From Heterodontus francisci (Eukaryota), in NCBI RefSeq assembly GCF_036365525.1, contig NC_090378.1, forward strand, positions 117,599,593-117,663,592: 64,000 nt of DNA, given 5' to 3'. The notes under the pieces were generated by a model. It searched no databases. It saw only the letters and a program-made list of their open reading frames with translations, and had not been told where the DNA came from. A program made the translations under genes and the position numbers. Numbering within the stretch: the first letter of the stretch is position 1; every line of letters begins with the position of its first letter. Shown here piece after piece: positions 27,401 to 38,185 of this stretch.

Positions 27401-29078
27401 GAAACAAGGAGGGTCGATGAGGGTCGTGCATTTGATGTAGTCTATATGGATTATACCTAGATTTATGATAAAGACCCAGATGGCAGACTGGTCATGAAAG
27501 TAAAAGCCCAGGGGACCAAGGCAAAGTGACAAGATGGATTCAAAATTGGCTCAGAGGCAGGAAACAAAGGATAATGGTCGATGGGTGTTTTTGTGACTGG
27601 AAGACTTTCCAAATGGGTTCTGCAGGGTTCAGTACCAGGTCTCTTGCTTTTTGCAGGATATATCAATGATTTGGACTTCAATGTAAAGGCCTGTGACCCG
27701 ACCGGGACCCGACAGGACCCGACGACATGTGTTGGGTTCAGGTCGGGTTGGGCCCCTCTTCCAGGTCCAGTTTTCGGGCTCAGGTCGGGCCGGGTTCGGG
27801 TCCAGGTCCGGGTCAGGCCGGACACAGACGGTTATTGCTCTTCTGGTCAGTATTAAAATTAAATAAAACTTACCTGAGCTGGGAGTCCGGGACGTCAAGC
27901 AGGGAAACTGAGTGTGCGCAGTCAGTGAGTGACGTCTCCATGATGCCATCACACACATGCTGCAGCTTCCTGGACGTTCCGAGTCGGAAGGTAAGGAAAG
28001 GGATGGTCGATTCGGGCTCGGGTCGGGTCGGGCTTGGGGCAAAATCGGAGGGACTCGGGCCAGGTCGGGCTCGGGTCCACTGTGGTTCGGTCTGGTTTGA
28101 GTTGGGTTCTTTTTCCCCGACCTGAGCAGGCCTTTACTTCAATGTAACGGGTATGAATAAGAAATTTTCAGACGATACAAACATTGTCCGTGTGGTTGTT
28201 AATAAATAAGAAAGCTGTAGACTGCAGGAAAATATCAATGGACTAGTCAGGTGGGCAGAGCAGTGGCAAATGCAGTTCAATCCGGAGAAGTGTGAGGTAA
28301 TGCATTTGGGGAAGGCTGACAAGGCAAAGGAATACACAATAAATTGTAGGTTACTGAGAAATGTAGAGGAACAGAGGGACCTTGGAATGCACGTTCACAG
28401 ATCCCTGAAAGTGGCTGGACAGGTAGATATGGTGGTCAAGAAGGCACATGGGATACTTGTCTTCATTAACTGAGACATGAAATATAAGAACTGGGAGGTT
28501 ATACTGGAACTGTATAAAACACTAGTTAGTCCACAGCTGGAGTACTGTGTGCAGTTCTGATCACCGCACACCGCAGGAAAGATGGGATTGCACTGGAGAG
28601 GATACAAAGGAGATTTACAAGGATGTTGCTGGGACCAGAGAATTTTAGTTATGAGGAAAGATATGATCGGCTGGGGTTGTTTTCTTTGGAACAGAGAGGG
28701 CTGAGGAGAGACCTAAGTGAAGTTTATAAAATTATGAGGGGTCTCGACAGAGTGGATAGGAAGGATCTATTCCCCTTGGCTGAAGGGTCCATAACCAGAG
28801 GCATAGAGTTAGGGTAAGATGTAGGAGGTTTAGAGGGGATTCAGGGGGACATTTTAACCCAGAGGGTGGTGGGGATCTGGAACTCACTACCTGAAAGGAT
28901 GGTAGAGGCAGAAACCCTCGTAACATTTAAAAAGTTCTTGGATATGGACTTGAAGTGATAAAGACTATGGACCAAGAGCTGGAAAGTGGGATTAGGCTGG
29001 ATGGCTCCTTGTTAGATAGTGTGGACACAATGGGCTGAATGGCCTCCTTCTGTGCTGTAAATTATATGATTTCTGTAA
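24500..29078 (+). mobile_element. Near full-length degenerate CR1 LINE (ORF1 with SGNH-esterase remnant; ORF2 with APE and RT)
   Basis: ORF1 remnant MVCCLPGARDKDITE...PEVVVHIGTND at about 25200-25320. ORF2 motifs IIAITET, VGDFNCPNINW, SDHNSVRF, KSPSPDEMHPRLL, NYRPVSL, SQHGFV. 3' tail at about 29060-29080. The 5' boundary is approximate. Confidence 0.9.
27684..28136. mobile_element. hAT-superfamily (Ac-like) MITE, 453 bp, nested in CR1
   Basis: Perfect 10-bp TIR TAAAGGCCTG...CAGGCCTTTA, perfect 8-bp TSD CTTCAATG (27676-27683, 28137-28144), and many subterminal CCCGA/TCGGG motifs. Confidence 0.92.
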
Positions 29079-29430
29079 CTCTGTGCTCCAGCAGATTACT
29101 AGGATTGTGGAGGTGTCACCCGGGGCAGTGACAGTGGCTCCGTGGAGCACAAACCTGCTGTCCTCTCTCAGGATGAAAGTGTTTATATTCCCACCACTGT
29201 CACTCTCCAGTACCCCTGCTGTTGCCTGTTAGTCAGCCAGCTAAATACTGCCACCCATGCTGAGGTGCTGCAGTCTGAAGCCAGGCCTCCTCGGCCTAGA
29301 GCAGCTTGAGTACTTCCTGCAAGGCTATCTGCAGTCTCCCCCAGTGAAAGTCAGTAACCTTCCACCAGCCATGCTGTATCCACTGGGGTAGCACTGTGTA
29401 GGAGCACTAGAACAGGCAAAGGACCCACAA

Positions 29431-29690
29431 GACAGGTCTAATGCAGGTGGGAGGTATACAGTAAATGGCAGAACCCTTATTACTATTGACAGGCAGAGAG
29501 ATCTGGGCGTACAGGTCCACAGGTCACTGAAAGTGGCAACGCAGGTGGATAAGGTAGTCAAGAAGACATACGGCATGCTTGCCTTCATCGGTCGGGGCAT
29601 AGAGTATAAAAATTGGCAAGTCATGCTGCAGCTGCACAGAACCTTAGTGAGGCCACACTTAGAATATTGTGTGCAATTCTGGTCGCCACT
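29431..29690 (+). mobile_element. Short CR1 RT fragment
   Basis: RDLGVQVHRSLKVATQVDKVVKKTYGML...RPHLEYCVQFWSP. Confidence 0.85.
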
Positions 29691-29944
29691 CAACAGCGTA
29701 GATATCTGACTAGAGACTGCATCAGTGTTGATAAAGTGGCTTATCCAGCTATTTACACAGAATTACAACAGTCTTTAGTGACCTTAATGTGTTGTCATCA
29801 CCTCACCGAACGTGAGTAGTACTTTTATACCCCTTAACCTTGCATCGATTCTCACTACTTAGTGAAATCAAGGTAACATTTTAACAAATCTATTCTACAT
29901 CCTGTCAAAGAGCAAATATTATCTAGCACAGCACAAGGAAGGGA

Positions 29945-31456
29945 AAACCTGAGTAATTACAGGCCAGTCAGCCTAACTGCAGTGGTGGGAAAATTATTGG
30001 AAACATTCTGATAGACCATATAAATCATCATTTAGAGAGGCACAGATTGATCCAGGACAGTGATCTTGGATTTGTTAAGGGAAGGTCATGTCTGATTAAG
30101 TTGATTGAATTTTTTGAGGAGGTTACAAGGAGCGTCAATGAGGGCAGCATGTTTGATGCAGTCTATATGGAGTTTAGCAAGGCTTTTGATAAGGTTCCAC
30201 ATGGCAGACTGTTCAGAAAATTAAAAGCCCATGGGATCCAAGGGAAAGTGGGAAATTGGATCAGTGACAGGAAGCAAAGGATTCTGGTTGGCAGGTGTTT
30301 TAGTGACTGGAAGTTTCTTTCCAGTGGGTTCCACAGGTCTCAGTACTGGGTCCCTCACTATTTGTGTATATATCAGTGATTTAAACTTCAATGTAGGGGC
30401 ATGATTAAAAAGATTGCAGATGATGCAAAGATTGTCCGTGTGGTGGATAGTGAGGAAGAAAGCTGTAGACTGCAGGAAGATATCAATGGACTGGTCAGGT
30501 GAGCAGAAAAATGGCAAATGGAACTTAATCCAGAGAAATGAGAGGGAATGAATTTGGGCAGGACAAACCAGGCAAATGAATATACAATAAATGGTGGATT
30601 CTGAGAAGTGTAGAGGAATAGAGGGAACTTGGAGTTTATCTGCACAGCTCCCTGAAAGTAGCAGGACAGGTAGAAAAGGTGGTCAAAAAGGCATATGGAA
30701 TACTTTCCATTATTAGCTGAGGCCTGGACTATAAGAGCAAGGCGGTTATTCTAGAACTGTATAAAACACTAGTTAGAACCATAGAAAGGTTACGGCACAG
30801 AAAGAGGCCATTCAGCCCATCGTGGCTGCGCTGGCTGAACAAACAAGCTGCCCATTCTAATCCCACCTTCCGGCACCTGGTCCATAGCCTGGCAGGTTAC
30901 AGCACTTCAGGTGCAGGTCCAGGTACCTTTTAAATGAGTTGAGGGTTTCTGCCTTCACCACCGATCCAGGCAGTGAATTCCAGATACCCACCACCCTCTG
31001 GGTGAAAATGTGTTTCCTCATGTCCTCTCTAATCCTTCCAGCAATCACCTTAAATCAGTGGATCGTCAGACCACAGCTAGAGTACTGTGTACAGTTCTGG
31101 TCACCACATTACAGGAAGAATGTGATCACACAGGAGAGGGTACAGAGGAGATTTACAAGGATGTTACCAGGAATGGAGAATTTCAGCTATGAGGAAAGAT
31201 TGGATTGGCTGGGGTTGTTATCTTTGAAACAGAGGAGGCTGAGGGGAGGTTTAATTGAGGTGTATAAAATTATGAGGGGCCTAGATAGAGTGAATAGGAA
31301 GGACCTATTTCCCTCAGCAGAGAGGTCAATAACCAGGAGGCATAGACTTAAAGTAATTGGTGGAAGGATTAGAGGTGAGTTGAGGAGTAATTCTTTCAGC
31401 CAGAGGGTGGTGGGGGTCTGGAACTCACTGCCTGAAAGGGTGGTAGAGGCAGAAAC
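29945..31456 (+). mobile_element. CR1 RT fragment, paralogous to the CR1 in the IgK J-C intron
   Basis: RT motifs GRSCLIKLIEFFEEVT and FSKAFDKVPHGRL. It shares a premature stop and its 3' flank with 58780-60320. Confidence 0.88.
30777..31063 (-). mobile_element. 5'-truncated CR1 3' end nested in the preceding CR1
   Basis: Minus ORF 30857-31048 (FTQRVVGIWNSLP). It splits the host sequence actagttaga|ccacagctag, with a GTTAGA/GTCAGA duplication. Confidence 0.85.
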
Positions 31457-31547
31457 ATTTCAGTGCTGAAATGGTTAATAGTAAGAGTAATTAAAGAGAC
31501 CGTGTCCCTTTAAGACACAGTTAACCTGGCAGAAACTCTAACTATAG

Positions 31548-32618
31548 AACATAGAACATAGAACATAGAACATAGAACATTACAGCGCAGTACAGGCCCT
31601 TCAGCCCTCGATGTTGCGCCGACCTGTGAAACCATCTGACCTACACTATTCCATTTTCATCCATATGTCTATCCAATGACCTCTTAAATGCCCTTAAAGT
31701 TGGCGAGTCTACTGCTGTTGCAGGCAGGGCGTTCCACGCCCCTACTACTCTCTGTGTAAAGAAACTACCTCTGACATCTGTCCTAAATCTATCACCCCTC
31801 AACTTAAAGCTATGTCCCCTCGTGTTTGCCATCACCATCCGAGGAAAAAGGCTCTCACTATCCACCCTGTCCAATCCTCTGATTATCTTATATGTCTCTA
31901 TTAAGTCACCTCTTCTCCTCCTTCTCTCTAACGAAAACAACCTCAAGTCCCTCAGCCTTTCCTCCTAAGACCTTCCCTCCATACCAGGCAACATCCTAGT
32001 AAATCTCCTCTGCACCTTTTCCAAAGCTTCCACATCCTTCCTATAATGCGGTGACCAGAACTGCACGCAATACTCCAGGTGCGGCCGCACCAGAGTTCTG
32101 TTCAGCTGCATCATGACCTCGTGGCTCCGAAACTCGATCCCCCTACTAATAAAAGCTAACACACCATATGCCTTCTCAACAGCTCTATTAACCTGGGTGG
32201 CAACTTTCAGGGATTTATGTACCTGGACACCAAGATCTCTCTGCTCATCTACACTACCAAGAATCTTCCCATTAGCCCAGTATTCTGCATTCCTGTTACT
32301 CCTTCCAAAGTGAATCACCTCACACTTCTCCGCATTAAACTCCATTTGCCATCTCTCAGCCCAGCTCTGCAGCCTATCTATGTCCCTCTGTACCCTACAA
32401 CATCCTTCGGCACTATCCACAACTCCACCGACCTTCGTGTCATCCGCAAATTTACTAACCCACCCTTCTACACCCTCATCCAGGTCATTTATAAAAATGA
32501 CAAACAGCAGTGGCCCCAAAACAGATCCTTGCGGTACACCACTAGAAACTATACTCCAGGATGAACATTTACCATCAACCACCACCCTCTGTCTTCTTTC
32601 AGCTCGCCAATTTCTGAT
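31548..32618 (-). mobile_element. Young 5'-truncated CR1 with (ATGTTCT)n tail
   Basis: ORFs 31965-32585 and 31641-31946 share one frame broken by a single stop; GVPQGSVLGP and SKFADDTK motifs. AGAACAT tandem tail and CTATA duplication at both ends. Confidence 0.93.
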
Positions 32619-32659
32619 CTATAAATCAGTCTATCTGGATCCCTCCTCTATCTTAGACT

Positions 32660-33572
32660 CTAAAATACTGGTGGCTGTAAGTGTAAGATTGAGTGACGGT
32701 GTCTCTTTATCTTCCTTATTTTCTGCCTCTTCCTCCCTGACTGGGAAGCTCCCAGTTTTCGGGTACCTGAAATGAATATGGAAAAGGATTGGGATGTGGT
32801 GAGGGGAGAGGAGAAAGTAAGAAGTACATGTTTACACCGTCTGCAGCTTGAGAGTCTGAAGAGATTGTGTGATGAGAGAAGGAGGATTAGGTATCCAGAC
32901 AACCTTATCATCGATCTCTCCAGCCCCACCAGTGTCCATAGCCTCAGCGATGCCCCTTCCCATATTGACCAGCACTGTCTCCTCCGTGAGGGTTAAAATC
33001 TGCAGACCTGCTTGTCCGCCTCCAGTTCCTTCTTTTTGCCTCTATTATGAACCACCTTCTCCTATAAGAAAGAGAGAAGTGTGAGAGTGAGTGTCCTGTA
33101 ATATGTTTGATGTGGCTGTCATGGTTGAATAGCTGTGTGCTAGCTGTGAGTTGTTGGTGCAAGGTTGGCAGTAATGCTAAGTGTGTGAGGGTGAGGTAAA
33201 TCCTATGAATTGAAGGGTTGAATACTGATTTATAGAGTTTGTTGGTGGCTGGGTGATGTGGGTTTGGTGAATTGAGCAATGGATGAGGTTAGTGATGCAG
33301 TTGGTAGGATCTGCCATTTGAAGATGCACTCAGTCACCTTGACAACTCGTGTCAGATCATTAAACTTCTTCCTGCATCCTTGTTCTTGGAGCAACACTCC
33401 TGACATTGAGCTCTGCTATTACTTCTTCACACTGTCTCTTGAACATCTATCTGGAGGAGTTCCTGCCTCTCTGTGGATACTGGATGTCTCTCCTTCTTTC
33501 CACTTCTTCCACCAAGACCTGTAACACATCATCAGAAAAGCTTGGTGCACGCTCTCTCACACGTTCAGCCAT
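32660..33572 (-). pseudogene. Harbinger-type Myb/SANT-like gene relic with three exon remnants
   Basis: Exon 1 (33572-33338): MAERVRERAPSFSDDVLQVLVEEVERRRD...ELNVRSVAPRT..CRKKFNDLTRVVK then gt. Exon 2 from about 33061 after a pyrimidine tract-AG: EKVVHNR..TGGGQAGLQILTLTEETVL. Exon 3 is acidic, from about 32766. Stops and frameshifts throughout. Confidence 0.78.
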
Positions 33573-35104
33573 TCCTCAAAGTATCACAGTGCCATTCCAC
33601 CTCCACTTTTCCTCCTGTGGTGAGTTCCTCATTTCTACTGGATTGTCTGGTGGCCCAAAGTGCAGATCAGACCTCAGAAAGAGAAACCTGTTGCTGTCCA
33701 CAACTCACCAGCCCAATGGAAATGAGACCAGTGACCCAGTGTTGGTGGTGCCGTGGACTTCACCATTCAGGTACTGGGATCATTGTTCACATTCCCAAAA
33801 ATAGGTGCACCTGAATTCTTCGGCCCAGGTTTATCACTGTAGCTATTCTGACAGAGGGCAGGAAAGCATGTTTCTAGTCTCTGTTTGAAGCCAATGTTTT
33901 GAAACATCACACACATTAAGATCTTCCTCAGAGAACTGGTTCATCACAGCAGTCTTTGTGAAGATAATGAATCACTTTTAAAAGGATTTCCTGATGTTCT
34001 GAAATAATGGTTATATTTCACTTTAAATTTCTGTACCCAGTGCCACACTCGGACAGATTTCCTCAGCATATTGAGGTCTCGGTAAATTGCTGAGAAAAAT
34101 CTCATTGTAGGTGTCACTGATCCTGTCTCTGAAACAAAGAGTGTGAACACTTCAGTTTCAACAAGTCACTAATCCTCAATATCCAGTTCTTTCATTTACG
34201 ATGACAGACATTGCCCCTTTCCTCTATATATTACAAGATATTAATGGAAGAGGAAGTCCATTCGGCCCACCTTAGCTCCTCCATTGATGATGACCCTAAA
34301 GTCTCCCCAATGCAGCATCCAGCTGGTTCTTCCATGACTTTCATTTCCATTACTTTATCTGGGAATCCATTCCATGATTAGTCACTCTGATGTGAAGAAA
34401 GACTCCTTGATATTAGTCCTGAAGCTGCCTTTTACTAGTTTGAATGTGTGGCCTCCAGCTCTTGTCATAATTTAATTGGAAGTAATTGTTGGGATTTACT
34501 TTTTCCAGAATAAATACCAAGGACCTATTTCTGTTACCTGATGATTCAATATCCAACATCAGACCAAGAATATTCTTTAGACACAGGTGAATGTGAGTGT
34601 GACCCAATTTTTATTCTGTAAAATTGCTGTCTGTGTCCGCCCAGTGTTTAGTGACCCAGTGTTTCCTGTCAATGGCACCATGGTCTGGGAAAGGGAGCAG
34701 ATTTGGACAGTCGGGAATAATGTCGTATTCCCACCCTGAGCAAAATTTAGCCCCCCTGCTGCAACCACGGTTAAGCACCTATTCCCCACCCCCCACATGT
34801 GGAGGAGAGCGGGGGAGGGTGGGGACTTGTCCGTCTCCCTCTTATCGATACTCCTCAGGAGCAGCTGGTGGAAATTGGAAGTCGCTCCAAGGTTACGGCT
34901 GTAATGACCCTAATGTGCTGCACTTTGAACTGGCAGCGAAACTCAACTTTCATCTGTAGCTGAAGATGCTGCTTCTGCCTCAATTTGTGAAGTTGTGTTT
35001 TGTGTTTATTATCTCGGGAAGTAAACACAGAAGCAGAAACCCAGCAAAGAACAAAGCCCCAGATATGAGCCTCCAAATGAGCACTTAACTGTTACTCTGC
35101 TATG

Positions 35105-35495
35105 TAGAATATAGGGACAGGGGTAGGCCATTCAGCCCCTTCAAGACTGTTCCATCATTCAGTTCAATCATGGCTGATCTGTACTCCATTTACCTGCCTT
35201 TGATCCATATTCCTTGTTACCCTTATCTAATAAAAATCAGTCAATCTCTGCCTTTAAAATGTCAATTGACCAACATCTCCAATGTTTTAGAGGAGAGAAT
35301 TCCAATTTCCACCACCCTTTGTGTGAAGAAGTGCTTCCTGATTTCGAATCTTCTAATTTTAGGATTATGTCACCTTGTTGTGGATTCCCGAACTTGATAA
35401 AATAACTTCTCTACATCAAACCTATCAAATCCTTTTATTACTTTAAGCACCTTAATTAAATCATCTGTTCAACTTTCTAAACTCAGAGGAATACA
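35105..35495 (-). mobile_element. Old CR1 3' fragment
   Basis: taggccattcagccccttcaag tail and caccaccctttgtgtgaagaa motif shared with the other CR1 ends. Confidence 0.7.
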
Positions 35496-36589
35496 AGACA
35501 ATATTTGGTAACTTCACAAATGCATTTTAACAGGAGTTTGTGAGTTTTATATAAAAACTTGAATTAAATTAAAGTGTCAGTTTCCAATCACTGTACATGT
35601 TACTCACTAGAAAGTCTGTATGTAGGGATGTCAGATTATTACAGAATCAGGTTTCCTGTGATGCCCCCATGATTGAATAGCCTGTTGCCACCCACTGTCA
35701 ACCTGTTTCACCGAGGAGCAATTGAGGTGATTAATTTGATGCTATTGTTAATTTGATTTGTGAAGAATTATTTCCACAGAACACACACACATTCTCGGAG
35801 TGAAAATTAGTTCCAATTAAACCATTGATCCAGGATGGTACATTTTGTACAACCATATCAGTTTGAGATAATGAGGTCTGTTAACATATTCCAAAGAGTA
35901 AATTGATCCCTCGAGGAGAGCAATCCAGGGGTGAAAATGGGAAGATGAATTACTATTCTCTAATTTTGTTTGATTATGTTTGGCAATCAAAGTGTATTTA
36001 CACAGAAACTTCTCTTCTGAGATTCAGTGGGAATATAATCGAGAACAGGGAAGATTTGTACCTTGTTAGTGAAAGGAGCAGGCTTGATGAGCAGAATGGC
36101 CTTTTCTTGTTATATGCTTTCCTATATCCTTGTGTGTATCTCCCACATCCAACATTCCAGAGCAACAGACCAAGAGACACCTCAAAGCAAATGTCTGCTC
36201 AGGGCCCTGGTGGATTATAAACTCCTGTCGACCATACTTGAGTATGACTAATGGTTCAGTGTATTCTGTGTATGTGACAGCGATGACAGTCAATAGAGGG
36301 CACCCTTTACTAAGTAGTTAAACTATCCTGGGCCTAATGCAGTTCACTGCTTTGCTGCTTTATAAACAGTAACATTCTTTGTACAGCTTGCTGGGCATTC
36401 GTGCTTGAAGTTAAATTGTGTTTCTCGAAAATAATTTCCGAGCTGGTTCCTGTGATGTTGATTATTACTGATTTCACTGAGAAACAAAGTTCGTGCATCA
36501 TTTAATAGGATAGGGATGTGGTTCGGGTCTGTCTGAATGTGCTGTGTAGTTCACTCACTGTCAGTGTGGGCAGATTCTGTCATTTGTGA

Positions 36590-37300
36590 TCACATTGGAA
36601 GCATTGTGAATTGTGAGGAGGATAGTGTAGAACTTCCAAAGCACATAGACAGGTTGGTGGAATGGGCAGACAAGTGGCAGATGGAATTTAATGTAGAAAT
36701 GTGTGAAGTGATTTATTTCAGTAGAAAGAATGTGGAGAAACAATATAAAATAAAGGGTAAGATTCTAAAGTGGGTGCAGTAACAGAGGGACCTGGGTGTA
36801 TATGTGTGTAAATCAGTGCAGTGGCAGGACAGGTTGTGAGGGTGGTTAATAAAGCAGACATCATCCTAAGTTTTATCAGTAAGGGCACAGAGTACAAAAG
36901 CAAGGAAGTTATGTTAAACATGTATAAAACACTGGTTCATCGTCAACTGGAGCATTGCATCCAGTTCTGAGCACCACACGAAAGGAAGGATGTGAAGGCA
37001 TTAGAGAGGGTGCAGAAAAGGTTCACAAGAATAGTTCCAGGAACGAGGAACTTCAGTTATGTAGATAGATTGGAGAAGCTGGGGCTGAGAGGGGATTTGA
37101 TCGAGGTATTCAAAATCATGAGAGGTCTGGACAGAGCAGATAGAGAGAAACTGTTCCCACTGAAGGAAGGATCGAGAACCAGAGGGCACAGATTTAAGAT
37201 AATCGGCAAAAGAAGCAATGGAGACATGAAGAAAACCTTTTCACACAGCGAGTGGTTAGAATCTGAAATGCACTGTCTGAGAGTGTGGTGGAAACAGATA
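36590..37300 (+). mobile_element. CR1 RT 3' fragment
   Basis: ORFs 36537-36782 (EWADKWQMEFNVE) and 36992-37324 (LERVQKRFTRIVPG). Confidence 0.85.
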
Positions 37301-38185
37301 CAAGCATCCGAACATAGGAATTAGGAGCAGGAGGAGGCCACTCGGCCCCTCGAGCCTGCTGCACTATTCAATAAGATCATGGCTGATCTGATTGTAACCA
37401 CGACTCCACATTCCCACCTCCGTCTGAGAACCTTTCTCCCTCTTCCTTATCAAGAATCTATCTCCCTCTGCCTTAAAAATATTTAAGGACTCTGCTTCCA
37501 CTGCCTTTTTATTATTGTCTGAAAAGGAAGAATGTGCAGGGCTACGGGGAGAAGGCGGGAGTGTGGCACACTCTGAATTGCTCATTCTGAGAACCAGCAC
37601 ATAGAAACATAGAAAATAGGAGCAGGAATAGGCCATTCGGCCCTTCAGGCCTGCTCCGCCATTCAAAAAAGATCATGGCTGATAGTTTAATTCAGTTTCC
37701 TGTTCCCACTTTCTCTCCATATCCCTTGATCCCTTTGGCATTCAGAAATATATTTTTCTCCTTCTTGAATATATTTTAATGACTTGGCCTCCATTGCCTT
37801 CTGCGGTAGAGAATTCCACAGGTTCACCACCCTCTGAGTGAAGAAATTTCTCCTCATCTCGGTTCTAAATGCCATACTCCATATCCTGAGACTGTCACCC
37901 CTGGTTCTGGACTCCCCAGCCATCAGGAACATCCTCCCTGCATCGAGCCTGTCTAGTCCTGTTAGAATTTTATAGGTTTCTATGAGATCCCCTCTCATTC
38001 TTCTAAACTCTAGTGAATATAGACCGAGTCGATCCATTCTCTCCTCATACGTCAATCCTGCCATTCCAGGAATCAGCCTAGTAAATCTTCTTTGCACTCC
38101 CTCCATGGCAAGAACATCTTCCTCAGATAAGGAGACCAAAACTGCACAATATACTCCAGACGTGGTCTCACCAAGGCCCTGTATA

